DNA from: Anthoceros angustus
Lineage: Eukaryota; Plantae; Anthocerotophyta
Direction of reading: 5' to 3'
Assembly (NCBI GenBank): GCA_010909165.1
Contig: VJWM01000025.1
Coordinates: 1,488,001 to 1,552,000, forward strand
Length of the DNA stretch: 64,000 nucleotides
In this document: positions 25,901 through 41,456 of the stretch, in pieces
Position numbering within the stretch: the stretch's first letter is position 1
Layout of the letters: every line of letters begins with the position of its first letter
Program-made: the position numbers and the translations under genes
The notes under the pieces: model-generated
Database searches by the model: none
The model's input: only the letters and a program-made list of their open reading frames with translations
What the model was told of the DNA's origin: nothing

Positions 25901-28666
25901 CATCCTATTTATATATGATCGTCACCACTTAGAGAACGGTGGCTTTTTTTGTGTGCGATCACAAGCTTGTGTTGCACTTGGGGGTACAAGAAGTGGGAAC
26001 GAACGAGTGGTAAGTCCTTTGTTATATGTGTTCAGCGTGCAAAGGATGTTGGGCAAAGCGTATTGGTGGTCTGTATGTGGACCGTAATGTTTGAGCTTGC
26101 TTTGATGATTGCATCGGGGTTTTGGTTTGACGACGCTGGTTGGAATTAATTGGCATCGGGATAATGTGCCTGCAATTCATCCTGTCTGTAACTTTGGACG
26201 GTCTTGGGAAATCTTGCAGAAAGCGGTTACATCAAGCTTTAGCGACCTACACCCTCCATCTCGGTATCTTCAGTCACCCCGACGAACTCCTCTGCGGGAT
26301 GTTTATCAACCTCAAAGTGGTAGGTTGAGTGGATTTGACTGGTCATCTCCAGCCATCTGTTATGTGCCTAGGTTGTCTAGGTGGACCAAAGTTGCCGAGA
26401 TAAAATTGTCTGCAGGGTTTGGAGGAGGTTATGGTGGCCGAAATGGGGGTCACGCTCGGAGAGATGAGGGGCTAGTTGGGAGGACAGTCAAAATAAGATT
26501 GGGGCCGTTCAAAGGTTACCGAGGCCGTGTAAAGGATGCTACAAGCACCACTGTCCGAATTGAATTAGAGTCTCAAATGAAGGAGGTTACAGGTAAGCCT
26601 TTGTGTCCTCCTTGGTGTGTTTGTGAAAACTTTTTTCACAACTTTAAACTGCCCGATTCTGAGGTGCTGTCTATGTAGGATGTCGTGTCTGAGCCTGAAT
26701 CTGATGTGTGGCAGTACGGCGAGATCAACTCTCAGACATTGGTGACATGCCGATGGCTTCGACCTCCTTCAGGTCTGTGCTACTGTGATGTACTCAAGTC
26801 AGTAGCCTGGAAGGATCTCGTGTTTGGAAGCATATTCACCTTCTAGCTTATACGTGCAGGGAATCACCTAGATATGGACTTGGTAGTGAAACTCCTATGC
26901 ACCCTTCCAGAACTCCCATGCATCCAGGCTCCTTCATGACTCCCATGCGGGATCCATCAGGTGAATATGATCAACCTTGCCTGACATAGCCTTGTATGAT
27001 CAAGGTCAGATGTGTCGACATAGCCTTGTATGATCATGGTCTGATATTCCAATTCTCGCAGCCACCCCCATCCATGAGGGTATGCGGACGCCAATGCGGG
27101 ATAGAGCTTGGAACCCACATGCTCAAATGACTCCTCTGAGGTTTGTATTTCTAGCACCTTCATGGGGATATGCCCAGATTGTATCCAGCATTTACCTCTT
27201 GCTCACCGTCCACTTCAAGTCTGTTGCTCTGAACCTGCTGGTCCAGTAGCTTCTTTTTGTCATCTGTGAATGCATCTACTAGTGACTGTAAGGCTGCCTC
27301 ACTGCAGAGTGTTGTTGAGCCGGATGCTTAACAACTGCTCCTAAGTGCACATCTTTATCTTATGTCTGTCCTCTGATGTAAACTAGAAACTGATGATCTT
27401 GGATCATAGAGTGGTGGCAGGCTCCCTTGTCCCTTCCCTTTGTCCCCTTTGTTCTATTTCTCTCTCTCCCCCGGTCTTCTGTCTTGTAAGTCGGGGATCA
27501 CCTGCCGAGAACCACCGCTGATGCTCTAGCTATGAGAGCTGAGGACAAAGTCTGGATTAAAACTTGGATTATGCTTTGTTGGCGTCAAGGCGTCAGCACC
27601 TTGTTTAGGCCGGGTTTGAGTGGCTGTGTTGGTTGTGGGCAGGGATAATTCTTGGGATGACTCCAATCCGAGCACATGGAATGCTTCTACACCACAGTAT
27701 CAGGTGATATGCTGGGAATCATGTGTCAGGTTTATAGTCTGTCTGCGGCCACCTGGGTGATCATACTTGTACTTGTATGTGCAACAGCCTGGAACACCTG
27801 GTGGGCGACCGTATGAAGCCGCAACACCTGGTGCTAGCTGGGCGAGTACGCCTGGACCGAGCTACAGCGAAGCTACTCCTGAAAGTTCTGTGCGCAGTTA
27901 TGGTATGGCGCTGATTCAGTTTCCTATGCGTCAGCCTCATAGTTCCTTGCCTGGCAGGGTTACGCATTCTGGTGCCTATTTTTGAGGTGGGTGTTTTTAT
28001 CCAGGAAATGCTCCAAGTCCATACATGTCAGTCCCTGGTGGTCCACCAATGACTCCTGGTGCCCCCGCTTTCCTCCTCCCTGGTACTCCTGGGCAGCCAA
28101 TGACTCCAGGCACAGGGTCCCTGGAACCTCCGTCACCGGCGTCAGGTTGGTTTCTTCTCTATTTAAGGAGGACTGGGAAAATTTGGGGTTGGATTTACTG
28201 CTGAAGGCTATCTGGTGCTTTTTCCGACAGGAGTGAGCAGCCACGATGCAGAGAGCAAATGGGGACTTCCAGATGTTATTGTTACGGTTCGCGCGCATGG
28301 TATTGGAGTCATCCGCGAGGTTTTGATGGTGAGTGACTGCAGTACTGCATGCGCGTGGTTGCCATAACTGTGATGCTTGCTTCTGTGGAGAAGGTGACAG
28401 TTTGCATGCTGAACAAACAGGACGGCACCTGCACCGTGGCACTGGGAATGGCTGGTGATGGTGAGACTATCATTGCAAGCCACACGGAAATGGAACTAGT
28501 ATTACCCAAGAAGACAGACAAGATCAAGATTGTGTTGGGTGAACTTCGAGGCAGCACGGGGAAGTTAATTGGCATCGATGGTGCTGATGGAATAGTGAAG
28601 ATGGATGAGACTTTAGACATAAAGATCCTAGATATGAGTAATCTGGGAAAAATGTTAGCACCTTAG
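22929..28666 (+). CDS. SPT5: Transcription elongation factor SPT5, copy B (tandem paralogue, apparently intact)
   Basis: Same exon series and motifs as copy A, with substitutions. Introns align with copy A. ATG at 22929; stop after KMLAP at 28666. Confidence 0.95.
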
Positions 28667-28842
28667 AATGACCATCCATCACTCCTCAATCGCCGACGCG
28701 AAGTGTTTTTGTCTTTTGGAACGGACTATGTTACGTTTCGAGTAAGGTCACAGTATCGTTTAGGTCTCAGATCAGAGAGACACAAAAGTTGGACCGCTGA
28801 TCGCAAATGTCCACATCTCTCGGTGCCTAGAACATGAGATAT

Positions 28843-29054
28843 AAGTACTATCAAATGTTATATTAATTTAATTACATAAGTTTTTTTAATGTAAGGTTTT
28901 GGAAGTATAATAAAACTCTGGCAGAAGAATTGAATCAAATGAAAAATTTGAGCTGCAAGTACTACCAAATGTTATATTAATTTAATAATAAAAGTTTTTT
29001 AATATTGGGTTTTAAAAGTATAATAAAATTCTGGTAGAAGAATTGAATCAAATG
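28843..29054. repeat. AT-rich ~114-bp tandem duplication
   Basis: AAGTACTA(T/C)CAAATGTTATATTAATTTAAT...GAAGAATTGAATCAAATGAA at 28843 and 28957. Confidence 0.85.
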
Positions 29055-29449
29055 AATAGCATCTATGACAGTTGTTAATAGTGTTGGTCCATACAATCTT
29101 GGGCTTGAATTGTATTGTTATCTAACAGGACAGGTCCTCCTTCTGTATATCCTTGGGGCTCATTGGTGGAGTATTTTAATCTCAATTTAGTATCCTAGTG
29201 AAGATTTTTTACCTACTGTTTTTCGTGCTTTTCTTTGTAGGTGCTAGGTTTCATCCCTATTGTTGTTATTCTTAATCTTTTTCGCTGAATTCCATATTTA
29301 AAACTTCCTTCTATGTTTTATTGATGTTATTGATGTTTATTGTTGTTGTTGTTGGTCGTCCTGGTTGTTGTTATTATTCTTTTCCGCTGAAATTCGTATT
29401 TAGAATTTTTTTTCTATCTGTTGCATATGTTCATCGTGGTCGTGTCGTG

Positions 29450-30210
29450 CGGATAGGTAAGGCGCCACATATCAATAAATGTACATAAATAAGGACATAA
29501 ATAAGGTGCCAGATATCAGTAAGTGTGGATAGACAAGGCGCCAGATATCAATAAGTGTGGATAGACAAGGTGCCAGATATCAATAAGTGGGGATAGACAA
29601 GGCGCGGATATCGATAGTGTGGATAGACAAGGCGCCAGATATCAATAAGTGTGGATAGACAAGGTGCCAGATATCAATAAGTGGGGATAGACAAGGCGCC
29701 AGATATCAGTAAGTGTGGATAGGCAAGGAGCGAGATATCAATAAGTGTGAATAGACAAGACGCAAGATATCAATAAGTGTGAATAAACAAGGCGCCATAT
29801 ATCAATAAGTGCGGATAGGTAAGCTGCCAGATATCAATAAGTGCGAATATGTAAGGCGCCAGATATTAATAAGGACGGATAGATATGGCACCAAATATAA
29901 ATAAGTGCGGATAAGTAAGGTGCCAAATATTAATAAGTGCGGATAGGTAGAGCGCCGAATATCAACAAGTGTGGATAGATAAGGCGCCACATATCAAGAA
30001 GTGCGAACATGCAAAGTTCCAGATGTCAATAAGTGCAGAGTAGGATAAGGTACCAAATATCAATTAGTGCAAATAGGTAGAGCGCCACCAGATATCAATA
30101 AGTGTGATTAGATAAGGCGCCAGATATTAATAAGTATGATTAGATAAGGCGCTAGATATCAATAAGTGCGAATAGGTAAAGCACCACATATCAATAAGTG
30201 CGGATAGGTA
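29450..30210. repeat. 32-bp minisatellite, roughly 24 diverged copies
   Basis: Unit GATAGACAAGGCGCCAGATATCAATAAGTGTG at 29528, 29560, 29592 and onward; no spacers. Confidence 0.93.
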
Positions 30211-30842
30211 TTAAGAAAGAAGTTCAGCTACTTGTGTAGAAATAAGCTCAACTATTGATGTAGAAACATATGTGAAATTGATGATTGCAAGCTGGTACTT
30301 GTGTAACGTAGCTAGTTTCTATATAGAAAAGACATATGGTACTAACTTCATGAGCTTTATGATCCTTGGCCATATTTTTATTTGATTGTCGCTATCTTAT
30401 AAAAACCATATAAGAATAAATATATGTGAGACTATAAATGTGTAGGTTCACATGTATTTATTCGTTTATGGGTTTTCAACACCATTCAAACAAATACACG
30501 TGAAGGTATTAAATGTTCACAATGAAACTCAAGTGCATATTGCATTGAATGTTTGAGTTGGACTTTTCATATTAGTGAGAGAATACTTCTCCATTAGAAA
30601 ACTAGCATCTTATATTAGAAAAGCTAACATCTCATACAGGTGTAAATATCTAATGCATTCTAATTTCATTAAAATAAGTTCAATGATAATAAATAATTTA
30701 ACTACCAATCACTAACCAGCTTGATTCCTTCATAATATTTTCCAGATGAGATGCATGGTAAATTTTATTCTAATTCATTTTATTGCCAATATTTGTTAAT
30801 TTCTTTCCCAATTAAGAAGCAGATCCTCATCCTCAACGCACG

Positions 30843-30972
30843 AAGAGAGTGGGATGGCCTACTTGAGCTCCTCAACGTTCAAGAACCGTGGAGCTGGTCT
30901 CAAAGTCTTGTTTTTGTCCCTGTCATCTCTATCACCCTGCACGTCAATTAACGGAACCCCACTTTCAGTGAA
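30843..30972 (-). pseudogene. Inverted SPT5 exon/intron stub ([21 protein letters not shown] exon)
   Basis: Reverse complement matches SPT5-A ~15010-15145 and SPT5-B ~24360-24485. Confidence 0.88.
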
Positions 30973-31593
30973 AGATGGTCATGTATGTACCATGATATGT
31001 GGTACATGAGCTAGGCGCTCAGCCCCGCTTTCAGTGAGCTGTTTGAGCTCACAACACATACAGTAGTTTGCTCGGGTCCGGACGTACCCGGTACAACCAT
31101 CCAAAACGAAACCACACACCTTGTCAGCATGAGCCGTTCCGCAAAGACGTCTACGGAGGTAGCATTGCTGGCAGGATGAAACGTGAGAAGCACTTTTCGG
31201 TACAAGTTTTTCTTTGACACCACTTCACCAGCACCTCAATTGAAAGACTCCAAGGGGCAGCGCCAGTCAGCTATGTACATACCTCTAACCATATAGCTAT
31301 GAACATACCTCTGACACATTGCGGACGCAGGGGACCAAGACACATTGTACACACCATTGTGATCATATTCGCTGTCTGCATGATGCGGGCTGTTGTTGCA
31401 ATCCATCAGTCCATCACGAGTCAACAGCGGTTGGCCACTAGAATGTTGGAATCACAGATGTTGCATCTCCGTTTCAGGGTAATATGTGCTGGAGCTATTC
31501 CACAAAGAGGAATGAGAACTTAGCAGGGACAAGCTGTCACATGAAGTATCAACATCATCCTGCGCATTCTGTGGCTGCACACAATGGCGAGCA
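30973..31593. repeat. Segment X: unassigned sequence between the RLK stop codon and the SPT5 fragment, present in every unit
   Basis: Near-identical copies at ~43876-44500 and ~57955-58540, and a stub at ~62175-62209. Confidence 0.8.
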
Positions 31594-34863
<3,270 letters not shown>

Positions 34864-35900
34864 CACTATGTGCAAATCGACACTAACAACACCTTCTCCT
34901 GTGGCGAGCAACGACACGTTGATGCCACCCGCTCCCTCACGCAGCTCCTGAAATGAAAACTGAAGAGTGAAGACGGACGACGCAACCTCGGCTTCAAGGT
35001 GGAGACCCGTGCCTCATGAAGAGCATATCCTGAGTGTGAGCAGGCAGGCCTTGCAAGTCGTAGTCGTAGGCTGGAAACCCACGAAAGTCTTGACGTCACC
35101 AGGAATTGATGAGGACTGTCAGATTCCCGTCCTTGACCACGGTGAAGCACTTCAATCCATAAACAAAGACTGGAATGTGAGGCGCACGAAATTCGCTGCC
35201 GAAGAGAATGATTTCAAATTGAATGTGGACCCGGAGCAGTGAATTTGAAGCACACGAAGGAGCCTGCTATCAGCAGCCTGCACATGCCAGTGTCTCATGT
35301 GGCTTTCACATCCAAGACGACAAGCTCAAGTGTGCGCAGTGAGCTTGTCCTCTTCCTTCTTCCTAAAACTTTTTCTTCAAGTTTTCCAGTATCTTTCTAC
35401 GAGCACTTCCTTGCAGCAAGGTTGTCCTTGTTGCAGGTGCTGCGTATTTCATCTAATCCGTGTCCAATGCTTCGTCTTCATATTCCCATGCTTCACGCGC
35501 ACAATATATATAAGTTTCAATGCGTGTTGCCGTGCAGCCTTTTTGACTTCAGGTCATTTTCCTGCGGCTCTTGCATAATCTCTGGTACTTCCACGACATC
35601 GATCGTCCGGCTCCCCTGTGTTTTCTCTCTACTGTAGTACGGAGTTTTTCTCCATCAGCAAATGGCGCACCAGGGACGAATGACGTCCTCCATGGTGCGC
35701 GATGATGCAGGGCAGCAGGCCTTTCACGCGTTGTGTTGTCATGCTAGTCGGGTGCAGACCTCGGTCATGACCAACGCCTGCACCCGGCCTCAACACGGCC
35801 TGCACATGTCAGTACAGGCAAACGGCGATATGGAAGGCGCAAACAACGGCGATATGTAAGGCGCAGTGCGAGGAGACGAGTTGAGGCCAAAAAAAACCAA

Positions 35901-37898
35901 GGGTGGATTCACACTATAACCGGTCTTGACTGACCAGTCAGTGCCGCCTCACGGCCTTGTTCCAAGCGGTGACCCGTTCGACCTCCCTTGGCATTCACAT
36001 ATCACCGGTGGTATTGGCGAGTGGTCAGCACGAGTTTAGGATAGAGTTTACCTGTTTCATGAAAATTATTTAAATTATTACCTATCCGAGGGACGATTCG
36101 GTATTAATTAATTAGAATTAGTAAAAGTTGAAACTTCAGAAATTATTATACTTAAAATGTTGAATATGTAAAAATTAATGAGTTTAAGATGCCAAAAACA
36201 AGGAAATTAGATTTTGTGTGAAAAATTAGGGTTTTTTTAGGGGAGGTCTATACATATCCATTAGTTTTATATAGATACCTTTGTATTTTAATAAATGTTA
36301 AATTTTGATAGAATTATTTTTATAAACATAAAAATTTTGAGAAATACAAATATTTATGTTGAACCTTAGTGTTTTTCAAAAAATAATTATTTCGGCATTA
36401 TCCTGTTGAACCACCCCTCGAGGTACGGTATTCTATTTTTCTCCCCCAAAACTTTTTTCACGTTGTATATCCCGCTGTACATGTGTCGTTTACAAGGCAC
36501 TTTGTCATGCACTTCAGGCTTTTTCTTTCTTCTTGTGCGAGTCGGTCGAAAGCCTTCTTCTTATGCGTGTCGATTTCAGCGCCTGCCCTTTTAGAGTTGT
36601 GGTGTGGAGCGGATTGGAAAAGAGCTTGGTGAAAATTATCATGGCACACAATGATGAGGTACATTTTTTTAAAACAATATTTGTATTAACGTATATTATT
36701 CAGGTATTGATATTTTTTTAATTTATTGATCTATGTAGGCACTTAATGACACCATACATTTAGGGTTAGCAATATTGTGTGTTATGGAGATCATATCCTC
36801 CACCCATATGAGAATGATGATAGGAGTTGCTGCAGCAATGATTCAATTAAAGCAGAGACGTAAAAGAGAGACCATCCTGGATACACGAACTCAATGGGCT
36901 GTGGAAAGGAGCCATATATTTGGAGACCAGTCACTATCGGCAGCATACAATGACAAGATGTTCAAGCATCGAATTCGAGTGAACAAGGCCACCTTTCAAC
37001 ACATATGTTCAGCAGTGGCACCACTATTTGCAAGACAAGATAATACTTTTTGGAAGGCTGTGCCAGTGGACAAAAGAGTGCGAATGGCACTCTTCAAACT
37101 ATCTAGTGGGGAGAGATTGTGCACAGCAGGTGATTTGTTTGGGTACGCAAATTCTACATCATGTAAAGCAACGCTTTTATTTTGTAATGCTCTACGTACG
37201 CTGCATGACACTTACATCCCGTGGACTAACAAGCAGCGAATGGAGCAATATGCAAATGAAATGGCTAACAGAAGGAGGTGGGGTTGAATTTGGAGGTGGC
37301 ATGAAATTAGGGTGAGGCATGGAGAAAGGCATGAAACTAGGAGCAGGTATGAAGCTAGGAGGAGGCATGGAACTTGAAGATGGCAGAGGCAATCTAGGAT
37401 GAGGAAGCGGCTCACTTGTGGCAGAGAAGTTAGGTTGCCTTCCAATAGCAACATCTCGACCAAGATAGGAGAGAAGAGACTCGGACGAGGATCGAGCCCA
37501 ATGGTCTATCAAGAGAGTAGAGGGTGCGATGGAAGCCTCTTCTCAATCTGCAGAAAGCAGCAATGGAAGAGTTTGGAACATGCAACCGTGGAAGGGAAGC
37601 CCGCAAGGCTTCACACGGAAATTCAACTCGACATTAGGAAGGGAGCGAAGAGACCGGGAAGTGTGTTGATTAAGGAAGTATAATTTGCATAATTATGGAT
37701 CATGGTAACTTAAAAAGGCGCACGCAATTAGTTCATAAGGCTCACCACCGGGCATGTCAGTTCGTACCTGCCTTCACCCCTAGGTACAAACTGACACCAT
37801 TTTTTCGATGGACCGGCTTGATAGTGTGAATGGACGGCCATCTCCTCGACCTATAGTATGCCTTGGGGTTTCGACTTACCACCAGTGTGAATCCACCC
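35901..37898 (+). mobile_element. Non-autonomous PIF/Harbinger DNA transposon, complete ends (1998 bp)
   Basis: Perfect 15-bp TIRs GGGTGGATTCACACT (35901-35915) and AGTGTGAATCCACCC (37884-37898). The right flank is TAA. The left flank is CAA here but TAA in the unit-2 copy (48960-48962). Contains a transposase fragment. Confidence 0.88.
36775..37287 (+). pseudogene. Truncated Harbinger/HARBI1-type transposase N-terminus (DDE domain absent)
   Basis: FKHRIRVNKATFQHIC...AVPVDKRVRMALFKLSSGE...LFGYANST...IPW matches the FRMxRxTF / RVAIxLWRLAxG / FGxxxST pattern of PIF/Harbinger transposases. Confidence 0.82.
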
Positions 37899-39154
37899 TA
37901 AGTAGGTGGCCCGATTCCGGACAGCCCTTCTTCATTTGTAAATTTTAAAATTTATACATTATGATATAATAATAAAAATATGAAATTTCAAATAAAATTA
38001 GTAAATAATATCTACTATATGGGATTAAAAAATGTGGTTGCATTTGCTCGGGACGTTCAGTAGCTCTAATCGGACATAGAGTTGCCTTAACCGGATTATG
38101 TGTGCCTCTAAACTGGATAGACTACCAGCAAAATTGAACGTAGGGTTCATCGTGCTCGACAAGCACTTGGGTAAATTGGGCAGCTGCCAAATGACGTTGC
38201 TGCAAGACTGCTTTATCATTCAGGCGAAACGGATGTGTGAGGTATGGATGCAGCAATTGCGGCTTGGCTTTCACGGCGTGCTCTCGCACAATCTCTCGAT
38301 GCTTCGCTGGCAGCTATTTGTCTTGCTTTCCTTGCTATGAGCTCATCCAATTTTTACTTCTTCGCAGCCAAGCTTAGTAATGTCTTGGCCTCCTTCTCCC
38401 TCGATCTGGCCATAGCCTTCTCCATTGCTACTTTTGCCTTCCTCTCGCCCTTCTCAACCTTATCCTTTGTTTCCACTGCTTGCTTGGTGAGCTTGCTCAG
38501 TCTTTTCTCTTCCTTAGCCCTTCCCTTTGTACCTGCTTCCTATTCTATCAATTTTGTTTCAACAATTCCTTTGATGTTAACACGACAATAGACATGTATG
38601 CAGAGCCTCTCTTTCGTGGTTTCGATCTAGCTGGCAAGGGCTGGAAAGGTGTGAGAATTGCCTTCAACTAGGCAGCATCATTGGATATAGCTACCGTACC
38701 CACCAGTGACGTAGGAGACTATCCACGCTGTTCATGGTGTAGACATTGATGATCGTGCAGGCTCCTTGGAGTCTCTTGACGCAGGTATTCTTCGTCCATG
38801 TCAGTGATTACCTCCAATTGCTTCTTCCTACTTCTTCATGTTCCCAAGATCCTGCTTCCTGCCTCCAAACACGCTAGTTCAGTTTGTAAGTTGTGAAAAC
38901 TCTCACCTGTTGCTTCCTTGTCCCAGCCAATGTTGCTTCCTTATCCCACCTAATACCGGCATAGTGCTCTCACTGTCGTTTGAAGGAGCTTGATTATGAT
39001 GAGGATCTCGAGATGTCTCCAGTGACAACTGTATCTTTTGAACATATACGAACCTTGAGAGACTTGATGTCCGCTTACCTCTGCTTCCTGAGCCAATTGT
39101 AAATTTAGGTGTGTCTAGAATGGGGCCACCTATTATGTTGGGCGCAGTGGGCTT

Positions 39155-39640
39155 GGATGTGAGCCACATCAAACACTGCATTGATGTGAAAGCCACATCA
39201 AGCACTTGCTTCGATGTGAAAGCCATACTAAGCACTTGCTTCGATGTGCAAGCCACATCAAACACTGCTTCAATGTGGCTTTTGCTTCGTTGTGAAAGCC
39301 ACATCAAACACTTGCTTCAATGTGAAAGCCACATAAAACACTTGCTTTCCATGTGAAAGACACATCAAACACTTGCTTCCATGTGAAAGCCACATCAAAC
39401 ACTTGCTTCAATGTGAAAGCCACATTAAACACTTGCTTTCCGTGTGAAAGACACATCAAACACTTGCTTCCATGTGAAAGCTACATCAAACACTTGCTTC
39501 AATGTGAAAGCCACATTAAACACTTGCTTTCCGTGTGAAAGACACATCAAACACTTGCTTCCATGTGAAAGCCACATCAAACACTTGCTTCTATGTGAAA
39601 GTCACATCAAACACTTGCTTCAATGTGAAAGCCACATCAA
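39155..39640. repeat. 30/31-bp minisatellite
   Basis: Unit TGTGAAAGCCACATCAAACACTTGCTTCAA, with a CTTTCC variant, tandemly repeated. Confidence 0.92.
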
Positions 39641-39649
39641 AGACTTCAC

Positions 39650-39860
39650 AAAGGACGGTCACAAAAAAAAGACGGTCACAAAAAAAAAAAGATGGTCACA
39701 AAAAGAAAAAGGAAGATCACAAAAGGAAAAAGGACGGTCACCAAAGGAAAAAGGACGGTCTCAAAGGAAAAAGGACGGTCACAAAAAGAAAAAGATGGTC
39801 ACAAAAAGAAAAAAGGTCACAAAAAGAAAAAAGGTCACAAAAGAAAAAAGGACGACAATA
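39650..39860. repeat. Purine-rich ~20-bp degenerate tandem array
   Basis: Repeated AAAAGGACGGTCACAAAA / AAAAGATGGTCACAAAA. Confidence 0.88.
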
Positions 39861-40329
39861 GGGCATTGCCTTGACAACCACATTTACCTGTCCCCTAGCC
39901 GCAACGAGCAACATGCGGCGCGCGCCGCGGATGCACACAGGTCGGGTGTGGATACATACTATGGACCATGGTGGCTTTTATGGACATGAGGCGACGTGTA
40001 CGCCCCTGCGCGCCGGAGCATTATTAAAGAGGCTTCGGAGATTCGTTGATGGGATGCATCCAGACTCAGACCACCTTGACAAACCCCATGCTGAACGTAC
40101 CCTATGGCATGGAGGATTCCGGCAGTGTATGGTTGAACCATGTCAGCAATACCATTCGCTGACCTGTGGGGATGCTAGCTCAGGATGACTCCCGCAGATG
40201 TGGTTCTCCGGAAGAACAAAATCCATTCACAAAATGGTGGACACGGTGAGCATCTCTCATCTCCTATTTTTCGATCCGCTACAGGACTTTGATTCCAGAA
40301 GCCCGTAATGCCAATGCCAGCTTCTCAGA

Positions 40330-41330
40330 ATGGCCACTTCACGCATCTTCCTCAGATACGCGCTTTAGCACCAAGTGCGTGTGTGGCACATGGCCTCCAT
40401 CGTCCTTGCAACACACAATTCAAGCTGCTTAGCTTCTTCAAGGACATGTCGTCCCTGTCTTCTCCCACAGCGAATGTGTGCATCTGGCTGTTCACCTCAA
40501 TCCACGCCCATGCAGCCTTCTTGAATGGACCTGACCTCTTTCCCAGGTTCTCTACCCTCTCTACATCCCTCCACATGCCAGCATCTGTGTACACATTTCC
40601 AAGTAGCACATATGCTGCATTTTAGGTTCAAGTTTTATAAGTTGCTCAAAGCATCGACCCTCACGCTCAGGATCTCCATGGCTTTTGCACGCATTCAGCA
40701 AGGCTTTCCACCTCACAACATCATTCTCAAAGGGCATGGAGTACAACAACTTCCCTGCCTCATCCAGACGCCCCGGCTCGCCCAAGGATGTTATCCATGC
40801 AAGCGCAGTGATAAACCCCAGATGAGATCTCGCCATGCTCCTGCACCATGCGTTCAAAATACTGCTGACCCTCATCCACCAGTCCAGCGTGTCTGCATGC
40901 CACGGGAAGAGCGTGCATAAAGAGTCCAAGCTTCTTCACCAAGCCCTGGCTGAACAAATCCTATGATCATGGTATTCCACGTCACCAAACTAGTTTCTGG
41001 CAGGCAGTCTGTCCAACACTCTGCAACAATCCTCTAAGCTACCACGTTCTGCATACATGCCCACCACACTGGTACCAACAACCAAATCAGCTTCTAGACC
41101 TATTTCTTGTGGCTGAAAATGGGGCTCCCTCCCCCCCTGTAGGTCACCCAAGCCAGCACATGCATTCAGGAGGCAAACAAACGTGAAACTGTCAGCAGGC
41201 ATCCTCCAGGACAGCTCCTCAACGTAATGGCCTCCAGTTGCATACATCTGGAAAGCCTAAGAGCTTCTTTGCCGAACCCTTGGTGTGCATGCCCTGCAAT
41301 CAAGCCATACCCCACTGGGTCTGGCTCCAA
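40330..41330 (-). pseudogene. Degenerate PLS-class pentatricopeptide repeat gene fragment with E/E+ region
   Basis: GLEADLVVGTSVVGMYAERGSLEDC, ADSFTFVCLLNAC, ACRHAGLVDEGQQYF, LGEPGRLDEAGKLLYSMPFENDVVRWKALLNACKSHG, YVLLGNVYTDAGMW and KKAAWAWIEVNSQMHTF; multiple frameshifts. Confidence 0.88.
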
Positions 41331-41456
41331 CAGCGGCTGAGACTCTATGAAGCTGTTAGGAAATCGGTGGTGCGTTTCGATGGGGTATTGGTGGCGTTCT
41401 CCAGGCCATCCTAGCTGTTCGAGTCCATTTTGCAGGGGCAGCTGGGGCTCTACTCA

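Noticed and set aside
13633-28666. SPT5L/KTF1 (RdDM factor) identity
   Set aside because: Both copies have the TPMHP-type CTR and terminal KOW and lack a WG/GW-rich Argonaute-hook tail.
29450-30210. CRISPR-like array
   Set aside because: The ~32-bp units are contiguous with no unique spacers, there are no cas genes, and the context is eukaryotic.
38244-38591. Lys/Glu/Ala-rich coiled-coil reading on the minus strand
   Set aside because: It is interrupted by stops, no family was recognised, and it is deleted in unit 2.
39111-39989. Repetitive ORFs (CESHIKHLL..., KKRWSQKE...), also at 55178-55802
   Set aside because: They are translations of minisatellite arrays whose 30/31-bp units shift frame; no coding evidence.
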